A DNA stretch of 64,000 nucleotides from Penicillus capitatus. Its lineage: Eukaryota > Plantae > Chlorophyta. This document shows positions 12,946 to 25,175 of this stretch, in pieces; within the stretch, counting starts at the first letter, position 1; each line of letters starts with the position of its first letter. The translations under genes were made by a program, and so were the position numbers. The notes below the pieces were generated by a model. That model was not told where the DNA came from. It saw only the letters and a program-made list of their open reading frames with translations, and ran no database searches. The stretch spans positions 248,001-312,000 of the forward strand of contig OZ287699.1 in NCBI GenBank assembly GCA_965649825.1, in the 5' to 3' direction.

Positions 12946-13415
12946 GGTTTCCCTCGTGCTCCCCTTCGAGATTGTCGAGTGCGATTTGTTGCCGAAGTTA
13001 GAGACCTTGTCCCCTGTCAACCTTCCTCTGTCAGTTGTATCTTACTCGCGTTAAAAACTTCAGTATCCATTGGATTACCTCCCAACTGGTAGATTTTAGG
13101 GACAGAATTCTTTACGCGGATACCAAGTAGCGAAAACCGTTAAATCAAACACGTCTACGCTATGTTTTAATCTAACGAAACTGCGAATCGTGAAATCGTA
13201 GTTCTCTTCTGTGTTTGTCGATGCATCCCGTCCGCAAAATCCCCTGTGACGGATTCGCCGTTGTAAAGCCAAGACATGTTTCGACGAACAATCAACCGAG
13301 TAGCCGTCTGCGGAACGAAGCCTTGAGTAACGGAGAGTTATTGGACCGCGGGAGAGTGGCCGACGGTTATCTGTCCGACTCGGAGCGTTTTGAAAGACCA
13401 AAAGAAACAACAAAC

Positions 13416-16400
13416 ATGTTTGGATTCGACAATACGGTGAGCGTATCGAACACATCCGTGAATGCTGACACGGGCGCGCATTCTCTAGTGTGTCCCTTTA
13501 ACGGAGGCCGAAGAAAGCACATTCACCAAAGAAGGTCTGAAGAAGTCGTTCGGAGACAAGGCTTGGATGCCTCGCCAAATGGAAACCTCAGAATGGAGGA
13601 ACGTGGCTAGCGTCGAGCCCCGCAATGGAGCGTCCCGACAAGTGGAGGTTAGTGAGAACCAACCGTCCACCTCATAACAACTGCGAGTTGAGCGTCTTCC
13701 TTCAGGCGTTCCGACGCAAGGACTGTGTGAAGAGTCCGAATGAAGCCAGCGTCAATCCAGCTTCAAAGGTGATCCACTCTTTACAAGAGATTCATATTAG
13801 AACACCACATTCGACAGATGCGGGATCCTGTGACTGTCGCTAATACGCTTCAGTCCTATATTCCTCGTCTTAGCCGCTGTGGGCGGGCCTCAGATGTTTC
13901 TACCAAAGGATTCAATAGTAAACGAGTTATACGCGCCAAACCTTGCTTGCAGAGGGGCGCCACCCTCATCGACTGGCCCCCGGTGAACATGACTCCACCA
14001 GCATTCCGTCCAATAGAGAGTCCTCTTTGTCTAACTCCTGTTCCCGCATGCAACCAGGTATTCTGATGTTTGCCCCTTTTCTGCCGCGAGTTCTTTTCTC
14101 AGGAAAATTCCAAAGAGATCTGCGAAGTCGAGATCGAGGGACATGGTCTTCTGCAGATCTTCCGAGTAGGCAGGATGTTTGCTGGGAGGATCGTGGAGAG
14201 AACGGGTCCGTTCTCGAGGACCTTGACGATTCCACTCTACTGCGACGGTCTTCGCGACCCAGAAGATATGATGAAGAGCCTAATATACCTGCCGAGGAGC
14301 GCTCTGCGTCGTCGCATCCACGTTCTGTCCGATCGAGTTCGCGGCGTCGAGAAGTTCATCTTTGTGGGAAAGCTAGGTCTTCCGGGCGGCGGGAACGGAG
14401 AAGCCTCGTCCAGCAGCGATGCTCATGGACACCAGACTGCTACCGAAGGAAGTACCTCTCGTTGGGTGAAGAGAAGCGCTTTGACTCGCACGGACAGCTC
14501 GATCATCCGAAGAAACCTCGTAGGAAAACAATACCGTAGTCTGGAAGAAATCGTGATGGCGTTTAACGATGCAAATGATGTGCGAAAGAGGCATGGCCTG
14601 GCAAAGGTGTTGCGGAAAGTCCTCTATACATTCAATGACATGCCAGTCAGGGCAGTGACGGACGATCGTGGTGCAATAGTCCGAGAGTACCTTGCACTGT
14701 GCAGACTCGATTGGACCGACGACGAGTATCTGCTTCTCAAAGACTTCTTCGACAGCCTCCGCGACAAACTGTGCAACGACGCTCTCATCAACAGACATCT
14801 AATCGAGGCAGTGGAACATGTGCTTCAAAGCGTTGACCCCGATATCTTCGAAGATGATCCTAACTGAATTCTCCAACTCGCCCAGTTTCTGTTAAACGCG
14901 TTCGATCCTGAGAGAACGAGCTTCTCGAGAGAGATGTTTCCAGTGCAGTGCAGCGCTCTGCACGTTGTGCATCAGTGTCTGAGGATCCTCTTCGACATCG
15001 GTTCGGGCAGCTGGGATCCGAACAGACCCGATGGGCTGTATGCGAAGTTCAAGAACTGGACGCAGAGAGTGATTGATATCGCGGTGCACTATCCGGCGAA
15101 GTATCAGGCGATGTTGGTGCAACAGAGCTTGACTCTTTTGCAGTCATCCAAGAGAAACGTCCGTGATGCGAACAAAGCAAGGCGCATTGCCAACCTGGCG
15201 TACGGCACTGTGGGAGTATGTCAAGCGTTGCGAAATGCCGTCCTTCTCGACTTCGATCTGGGGAATGCGGAGTCCACGGCTAGTGCACTGACCCGAGCGA
15301 GAGAGAACCGAATCGTCAACGAAGAGCAATGGTACAAGTGCCTTCACGCCCTCGACACTGTGCGCTTCGCGGCTATTGAAGATCCGTCTGCATTTGGACA
15401 GTTTAACGAGCTCCTCTCATCCCTCGTGCTCGAGGAAGAGGGCTCCAACCAAGAAAGATGCAAGGTTCTGAGGTTCGGCGTGGTTGAGATGTTGACAAGC
15501 CTGGCCATCCACGGAAAGGACGACGTTGTTCGTGGAAAGAGCGCCGCTGCTCTGGCAGGCCTCGTGGAACCAAGAGACAGGTGGGACTGGTCTAACGACC
15601 ACGATCTCTTCTTGGAGATGGTCGACAACCTGGCAGAGCTTAGCGCCAGAGGCCGCGAGCCGGAAAAACGAATAGCACACGAAGCAATAGAGAAATTGAC
15701 GTCGAACGCGCTCAACCGGTCGTGTGAGGGAGTGCTGTGTGAGTGGCTCGGAAGGAAGACGGTCAAAGAACGGATCCAATTTGTCTCGTCTCTCCGGACA
15801 CAGACAGTCGGCAACAAGCTGTTTGCTACGGTGTGGAAGAGTCTCGGAGGCGAATTGTCGCTTGCACCAACCGAAGCCCGTTCTCCGCCAAGGAAACACC
15901 ACTGTCTGTTCTCGCCTCTTGTGGTTCGCCATTTCGTCGGGAGGAAGGATGAATTCGACAAACTCGTCGAAGCGTTCAGATCAACCACGGAGAACGAAGT
16001 TGTTGTCAAGGCAGTTGTCGGCCCCAGTGGCATAGGAAAGTCTCAGCTCGCGGCAAAGGTGTTCGAACGTCTCAAGAACACGAACAACTATGTCAACGAT
16101 TTCTGGATCTCTTCAAACTCTGCGGAGGGCCTCTCAGCTGCTTTCTTGCAGGTCGCAGAACACCTGGAACTTCCAACGGACACCGATATCGCAAAGACAG
16201 TCATACGTGTTCACGAAGAGCTTAGAAAAACGAGCTGTATCTTCGTCTTTGACGACGCCCCAGATCTCGAATCGATTACCGAATACCTTCCGCCAGCAAA
16301 TGGACATGTTATCATCACGACAAGAGACATTGGAGCAAGAGACTGGTCACGCGACACAGTTCGACTTGGACCATTCGACAAATTCGAAGCACGAGATTTG

Positions 16401-18215
16401 GCAGGGAAATTTGGAATCTGCGGTGAATCGCATGGGAAGGTTTTGGATGAATTGTTGGATACATTACCGCGATACCCGCTGGCCCTTACACAGTTCTTCT
16501 CGGTGATGGAGAACGATGAGCTGTCAAGCGCTGTCGAATGGATGATTAAAGTTCGACACTATGACCCAAAGAGAAGGGAAACCGAGGTCACGGAAAAGCT
16601 TTTAGCGAAAGAAGACAGTGGAGGCACGAGCAGAATGATTTTCGTGTTCAATTTGAGTGTACAGAGGATTTCAGGAGAACCCGGCTATCTGGGATCGCGT
16701 TCACTCGACCTTCTTGCCAAGTTAGCACTCCTCAACCCGAACGGAGTGCCAATCGAGTGGGTGTACAAGTGGCTCGGGTCCGAGGATCGACAGCAGTCAA
16801 GAACCACAACGCAAAATTCAATAAGGCTCCTCGAGCACTTTTCCCATGTGTCGTGGAATAGAGAGAAGAACCAGATCTTCATCCACGCAGAAACACAACG
16901 TCTGGCGCGATATCTTCTACCGAGCTTAGGAAAAAATGTGTTCGGCATGAAAGAGACGTGCGAGGAACACACAAACAAAAACGTCGCAGACCACATAATG
17001 GAAATAGTGCGTTCAATCGGCCACTACATTAGAGACTGGAGAATGAATCGTTCAAACAGAGATCTTTGGACCTTGCTTGCCCAAAATCTATCGGTGCTCC
17101 ACAAACACTGCGAAAATTGCATGGATATCAATGTGCAGATCGAGCTAATAAGACACATGTCAAGAGCGTACACAGAAATGTGCATGTTCGGCGAATCGCT
17201 CTTCTACACTCAAAAAGAGGTAGAGATGTGCAAACGTCTTCACGGCGGAGACCACCCAGAACTAGTCCAGTGCATCAAAAACTACTCCGCTGGACTTTCA
17301 CAGGCGGGAAGAGACAGCGAAGCTTTGCCGCTCGACAAGAGGGCTCTCGAAATGTGCGAACGCCTTCACGGAGACACGGACCACCCAGAGCTGGTTTTGT
17401 GCATAAGAAATTACGCCGCCGGACTTTCGAGGGCGGGAAGAGACAGCGAAGCTTTGCCGCTCGACAAGAGGGCTCTCGAAATGTGCGAACGTCTTCACGG
17501 AGACGCGAACCACCCGGAGCTGGTTTTGTGCTTAAAAAACTACGCCTGTGGACTCGCGAGGGCGGGAAGAGACAACGAAGGTTTGCCGCTCGACAAGAGG
17601 GCTCTCGAAATGTGCGAACGCCTTCACGGAGACACGGACCACCCGGAGATCTTTTTGTGCATAAGAAACTACGCCGCGGGACTCGCAAAGGCGAGTAGAG
17701 ACAACGAAGCTTTGCCGCTCCTCAAGAGGGCTCTCGAGATGTGTGAGCGTCTTCACTCCGACGCGGATCATTCGGACCTCGTTAATTGTATCAAAAACTT
17801 CGCCGTCGGGCTTTCACGGGTGGCTAGACATAACGAAGCCCTGCCGCTCCTCGAGAGGGCTCTCGAGATGTGCACGCGACTTTACTGCGACGCAGACCAT
17901 CCGGACCTCATCCAATGCATCAAAAGCTATGCCGCCGGACTCGCGAGGGCGGGAAGAGAAAGCGAAGCTTTACCGCTCTACAAGAAGGCCCTAGAGATAT
18001 GCAAACGCCTACACGGTGAAGCGGACCATCCGGACCTCGTTGACTGCTATGAGATATATGCCGTCGTACTCTGGAAAGCGAGAAGAATTTTTAAAGCGTC
18101 GTTATATTCGAGAAAAGCTAAGAAAATGCATAAAAGACTTAGAGCTAACAAGAAATCTGGGATCTTGTCTTATTTACCGATTCTTGGTACTTTACGCCGT
18201 ATGATGCTCGCATGA
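13416..18215 (+). CDS. NLR-like STAND protein: spliced N-terminus + endosymbiont-effector-like domain + ARM-like domain + NB-ARC + 7 TPR; one in-frame TGA at 14865-14867 (possible pseudogene allele)
   Basis: ORFs 14070-14867 and 14934-18215 share a frame and read through as DDPN*ILQLAQFLL. Walker A GPSGIGKS, Walker B CIFVFDDA, GHVIITTR, YPLALTQ, and TPR_12-like repeats are present. Upstream mini-introns (e.g. 14058-14102) extend the frame 5'. The start codon is uncertain (13221 or 13416). Confidence 0.8.
17253..18155 (+). repeat. 129-nt (43-aa) TPR coding tandem repeat x7
   Basis: Units start at 17253, 17382, 17511, 17640, 17769, 17898 and 18027; consensus HPELVxCIKNYAAGLxRAGRDxEALPLxKRALEMCERLHGDxD. 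Confidence 0.95.
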
Positions 18216-20057
18216 TTTTTCCGAGTACTAAAAAAAATATAACCGGGATGCACTACTTAGATTCTTAATTATCTTTGAATCTACTATGAGGTGTCTTTAT
18301 TATTGCCTTAAAGCTTTGCGTTAACGTTTCTTTGTGACGGTAACCTATTCGAGCACTATTGAAGGAATGTATTTCTTGAAGGAGATGCGGCAGATCATCT
18401 GAAAAGATGATAGGTCGCTGATCTGCCGGATCGACATGAATGAATAAGGAGATCATTCATTCAAGATTTCTGGTTGACATGATGTATAGATGTCAAAACA
18501 GTCACTACAAAGATAACTCCTCGTTTGGTGAGAATCTTGTTTGTGCTGGCCGAGCTTGCTTCAATAACTAATCGTCGCTGACTTAAAAGGACCTTCTCTC
18601 TATAAGAAACACCCCGAAAAGGAAGTTTGTTGTGTTCTCGTGGCGTTTTCACGACAGCATCTATCTTTTGTGAGTTAAAGCACTTTTCCGCAAGAGTTCT
18701 TTTCGATGTTGTCGTGGACCCGAAGCTGAAGTGGGAAGAAGGGAGGAAGAAGGGCACGTCACATCATCATAAGAAGCACGACGACATCATAACGTCATGC
18801 TGCGTAGTATAAAAAGGGGTTCTGAGACACAACTCTCGTGTTTTGTAATAAAACCCGCTTTGTTGCTTGCGTTTACTTTTAGACCGTATCAAAATGTTTA
18901 TCTGACGTAGTGGAATCGCCTTTTTCCAGTATGTTCTGTCTGCTCAACTAGCATCTGCAAACTAGCTTGTTTCGCGTCTACTGTGGCACACTGTGCAGTG
19001 TATCGTTGATGATGTTCTTGGTGAGCGTGGAAGAGACCGCCGTTGGGAGAATCACTGTTTTTAATTTACTTCGCCTTTTCTGTCGAGCAACTTTCACTGG
19101 CCTCGCGCAAGGAGTATTACGTATACTTTGAGTTATGCATTTCAAGTAGTGCCGCTTCTGTTAGTAAAGCTCGTATCGCCAATAGAAAAGAACTCTCGGC
19201 ACACAATGCTTTGTGATTCGTCCCATTTCCTGGTTCATGCCAAGCACTTGCGAAACTGTTTTTGACTTTGTGGCTTTCTAAACACAATCTCGTCATCGGC
19301 CAAATGAAGTGTCTTGTGTCTTGTGTTCGTTCAGGAAGGGTTCGAATCTTGATGTCAACCATTGAGTGTAAGAAACTCGGTGCTTAGTCATGTTCATCGA
19401 TTTGTGAACCAAATGGAGCTCTGTTTGAATTCGACAATCAATGTAAACCGACAATAGGATTGTAATCCAGGTTCATGACTTAAAAGACTGTTAAGAAAAA
19501 CCCATACGTCTCTAGAAGCTTCGGACAAAACCTATTTACCTTCTGTATTTCTCAACAAACCTTGCTTCTTGTCAAGATATTATTAATGCAATTGACAGAT
19601 CTAAGGCTTTGCCGGAGTGAAAGACCTGAACAAGGGAAATCAGGCGTAGTTCTTCAATTTTTATCAGTCTAAGTTCGTCCATTGTGCTGCAAGGAAAGGA
19701 AAATGATGGATATTGACGAGCGAAGGCATCTGTAAAAACAACGACGATCGTTAATTGTTCATTATTCGCGTCCTACCGTTGTTTCGTTTTTGCTGCGCGC
19801 GTTTGTTCGGCGACCATGGTTTCCGTCGCACGACGGACATTGACTACACTACTGCACCTATCGTGCAGCCGGTGACCGTTCTAATCATCAAAGGAATCGA
19901 ACACCGTGTTCGACGCAAAGTCATCGAGCATCCGCTTAATCGCGCTTAGAACGGCATAGCTGTGGGTGGTGGTATTCTTGTGGTGAACATGTTTTCCCCT
20001 CGCAATTCAACCAAATCTCTATCTTCGAGACGAATGAATGGATGAAATATGCATGTG

Positions 20058-20864
20058 ATGGGTGACTATCATGTCCATCTTTTTGTCGGAGGAAATCGCC
20101 TCGTGTCGGTGACAATGCAGCGGAAGACTTAGAGCTTTACAGAGCAATGGTATCTTGGGGTTCGAATACGCAGATTTATACGCTAGATGTTGCTGCAATA
20201 TTCGCTCGGAAAGTTGAAGCAGTGCGCGTTGGCGGTTTGCTGTTCGTATGCAGAAACGTACAGAACGCAGTTACAAATCTGTGATCGTGCGCGTCCGTTT
20301 TTAATGTCCATTTTTTCCAGATAATATTTGTCGCCGAGATTTCCGCGGCGATGGGACCTGTCTTGTTGTGAATGGGGCCAAGCGTGGAAGGGACACTCAG
20401 GGTCGTGTCAAAGGGGGCCTGGGACCGTGAGGAGTCCTTGTTCCCTGGCTCTGGACGAGGGATGACTCATCTACCCAGAGGGTCACATCATTTGGACCGG
20501 ATAAGAGGGAAAAACCGTGGGATTTAGAGACCTTTTTGTACGCTTTGGATTTAAGTTGTGTGTGTGAACTTTCACTCTGGCCGACGACGAAACACGACAC
20601 GTTTCGCGTGCGATCGTTCCATACCCACCTCTGTACCAAAATCCACCGTATTTGGCGGCGCTCGAGTTTTTCAGGAACGCAGAACGTGGGGATACTGACG
20701 TGACCGAGCCCTTTCGGCAGGACTCGACCCAAGGGGAAGAACCGTTGGAGGGCACGGCTGAGGCAGGACCATCGAACGCAGGAGTTGAAGCAGAAGGACA
20801 CCGTGGTGATATCTCGGGAAGCGATACGTCACCAGACCAGGAGCCACGAAGGCGACAATATTGA
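20058..20864 (+). pseudogene. Spliced-looking hypothetical gene or pseudogene
   Basis: Exons join in frame across GT-AG mini-introns (MGDYHVHLF...LYRAM|MLLQYSLG...TQLQI|YNICRRDFRGDG...GGLGP). The last segment (TLADDETRHV...PRRRQY*) needs an unexplained frame change. Confidence 0.3.
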
Positions 20865-22222
20865 TCGTAAGTGATTCTTCAGAACAATGTGATTGGACAG
20901 TGGTGAGATAGAAAAATCTAGAAGTGGACATCATCAATATTACCGACTTTTCTTGTAATCATTCGACTTTGGTGACTGACGGCGCGATTCTTAATGGAGT
21001 CACAACAACAGATAAGTCATCCGACTCTCAGAGTCAGAGGAAACCACCTCTGAGAAGTCGTGAACCCCTTACGAGCGCCCCTTGGAAGACTAAACCCCCG
21101 GAAACGAGGCAGATCTGATGTGACATTGACCCTTTTTCCAGAATACACTGTCATGCATAATGAATAAGAGCCAGTGGGCATCGCTATAATGGCTAAACCT
21201 AACTCTCGGTTCTGGCTTTACATCCATCGGAGCTGATGTATAGATTCAATGTGATGTCGGATATCTGTGGGAAAACATAGCGAAATAGTTACTTTAGGGT
21301 TTTCTTTTCTTGCATCGACAGCTTTGCTGCCTGTCCAATCCAGTGAAATGATAAACAGTCGAGCCGCGATTAAAGGAATTTGCAACAGGCTATGTTATTT
21401 TCCCTGTAGCGGTTAACCTTGGCCGACGTGGCGCAAATGCTGAACAATGTGATGGAAACGCTGGTTCGATATGGCAAAGCCAAACGAGGCATCCTGATGC
21501 TGTCTGTGACGTTCGTTGCGCAAGAGGCTTATCATGCATGACGTTGGCATGAGAGAGGACTTACGTCATTCTGAGTATATACGCGGAACTGTTCTGTTGT
21601 ATCCGTCTAAGTATTTAATTGTACATTGCTGTCGGAGTTTCCCAGAGCGACTCGCTACCCGGTCCGGACTCGGCTGTATGACCGACGTTCAGACTGTCCG
21701 CAAACATCACTCACATCCATCCCGATCATGCAAAGAAACTAACTGTGAAGACTGCTTGCCGGCCGCCTCCTCCTTCACTTCACCCCGGACATTACTGACA
21801 ATAACACGGATTCGGCTCTCGCTCCATATCGTTCATCCGTTTTTTTCCTCCAATTGATTTTTCATCCCCCTTTTAAAAAGATCGGGAGAGCATAACATGC
21901 CTGGATCAGTCATTCATTGTAAAACTACATCAGAGGGCCCATGTGCGGCCAAGATCACGCCAGTGAGATGCGATTGTTTCCGCGAAGTCTGAAAGTACCT
22001 TTGGTGCGAGAAGGCACATGCGATAGTTAACGGGTCATCCAGTTCTCTGATGAGGAGTCTTCGAGCTTCGGAAAGGCAGGGGCATTCCAGAAGTGGATGG
22101 TTGGGGTTTTTTGATTCAGCACCGTAGATGCAGCGAGAGTCCCTGGTCGCGAGACCGAATCTGTGTAGATACTGTTTGACGGGAAATGGTTCGCTGCAAA
22201 CTTGCTCAGGCGTCCATCCGTT

Positions 22223-23000
22223 TCATGAGTAAGATTGAGTCAACTCGGAGACGAGTCCGTTTCTCCACTCTTCTTCATAAGCCGGAGTCTTGAGGTAAAA
22301 TGAAACCAAGCGATCGAGGATGGCGAAGATCAGCACGAAGATGCAGCCAAGAGACAACTTGTTACAACAATGATAGACAGTGGATGTTTTAAACAACAGA
22401 TTGTACGCAACGAACAAACACAAGAGTAGGCTCAGATGTGATTCGGAAGATATTTTATGTGTCCACCCATTGCTTTTATACTCCTAGTGATGGGACCGAA
22501 GTGACAAGGCAAGAAAACCCTAAGAAGTTCAAGAGTGAGTTCCCAAAGAAGTTCAAGAGTGACGGAACAGCTGAATCGATTGAAGTAAGCATGAGTAGTT
22601 TGCGATGACATTTTATCTGCGTGAACCACCGATTGCGTGTGATATTGAAAAACCTTGAGAGACATTGTAGGCTTCCGTTTGTTTACCGGTGTTTTAAAAA
22701 GAGGTGCCAGTTAAATCTTCGGTGGACTCGTATATCCACTGCATAGGAAGACTGTGGACGCCATGGGCTGTCGTGATGAAAGACACGAACCGGCAGACCT
22801 GTGATCAAGTGCTCTGTCTGCCGTTCTGTATCCTTTATATCGATCGTGGTTTCAAAATGGTTGTCGCACTCCGAGTCGTGACGTCTACAATACTATGAAT
22901 GCCGTAGCCAATGATGTGACAGCGACACAGGCAACCCGCCTCCAATTAGAGCAACCCAGGACGATCCGACATTTCTAAACTCTACAGAAATGGCACATGG
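22223..23000 (-). pseudogene. Fragmented spliced membrane-protein-like gene
   Basis: In-frame spliced fragment RNVGSSWVALIGG|RHDSECDNHF...HLIT|VDIRVHRRF and a hydrophobic C-terminal ORF (LSLGCIFVLIFAILDRLVSF...). No complete model could be built without stops. Confidence 0.25.
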
Positions 23001-23216
23001 AATGGAAGTATGAGACGGTGAGAGGTTAGTTCAATGCGAACTCATCGACATCATCAGTTACAAACAGGGCAGATTTGTTCTCGGAGCATTCTTAACAGGC
23101 CCGGGCTTTAAGAACAAATCAGATCTGTTGACGTGTTAATTACTTTGCATCAACTCAAGAATCAATTCTCAAAGACAGCCAGCACTGATAAGACAGGGTT
23201 TACAAAAGATGAGTTT

Positions 23217-23990
<774 letters not shown>

Positions 23991-25175
23991 TTAAAGCGAG
24001 AAATGCACCGTCCGAGGGTTCAAATAGGTTTACGCCACGTGGGTAGGTTGTAGATGTTCCCGACACGACTGATCGATGTCGACCGCAAGAGTCACAATCG
24101 CTATGTGTCAGACATGGCGCTAGTAAAGATTACGTGATGATGTCGTCATGGACGACGTCACTTCGGAAAGCGCTATGCCAACCATGGGTCCGACACATGC
24201 TCAAACCCAAAGCTGCTTCCATGCAGCGCGATCCGTGATAAAAAACAAAACTAAAGAAACGAAAGAAGAAGTGACGGTCGGAGTCAAGCAAAAACAAACG
24301 CCGCCAATCGTCCTACGGATTCCCAAATGGCAGATGACATGAAAGAGGTGAAGTGACGTTTGGCGTGAGAGTTGATACAGAGGTGTGGATGAAGGTGGAT
24401 AAGGGATTCCGTTCGTAGGTGCTCTCGGAACCTAAAACGCGATGTTTAGAAAAAGAATGGTGTTGCTTTTATCGCCATTGATGATCCTACCCAACACAAG
24501 GGTACGGCATTCAATTCGTAGCGCTATCATCGATTTCTTGATGTAGGAGATGTGGCCGGATGTGATCATCGAATGCTCGGTGACAGGTATGGATCATCAT
24601 CAGATCCGATCATCCTTGTCGGAATGCGGCGAACAACGTTCACAATTGTTTTGTCACAAAAGACGTTGAAGATGCAGAACTATCACTGTTCATATGGGCT
24701 TCGCATTGTTCCGCCAACCATAGAGCCTTCTGTGCTCTATCGTGATTGAACATAGCAAAAGGTCGACCACCTTGAACTTCCCGCAAGCTGACCTATCGAA
24801 CGACAACGATAAGTGAGTGTTGCATGCTTATCATCATTTCATTACTGCTCACTCTAGATATGATGTTCTTCAGACGTAGTCTAATTCACCGAGGCAGAGA
24901 ACAGAAATCAAAAGCAGCCGTTTCGTGGAAACTCGAAGGTTTATACAAAAGCAGCGATGTATGAGGGAAGACGTTGCGATGCAGGCTATAATCGAGCATT
25001 GGAAGTTTTATGTTAAAGTGCACACCACGAGCCATTGTCCTGTCTGATGGGATTTGGTGTAACAGGGTTTTCATGTGTTTGATAAGGAAAGTTTCAAGGT
25101 CAACAAGAAAAGAGCTGCCCCCATAAACCGAGAATGCTGTTTTTGTCGCGGAAAGCATGTGATTGGGGCCATTCC

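Noticed and set aside
14865-14867. TGA as selenocysteine
   Set aside because: The position is not a redox Cys site, the family is not a selenoprotein family, and I could not identify a SECIS downstream.
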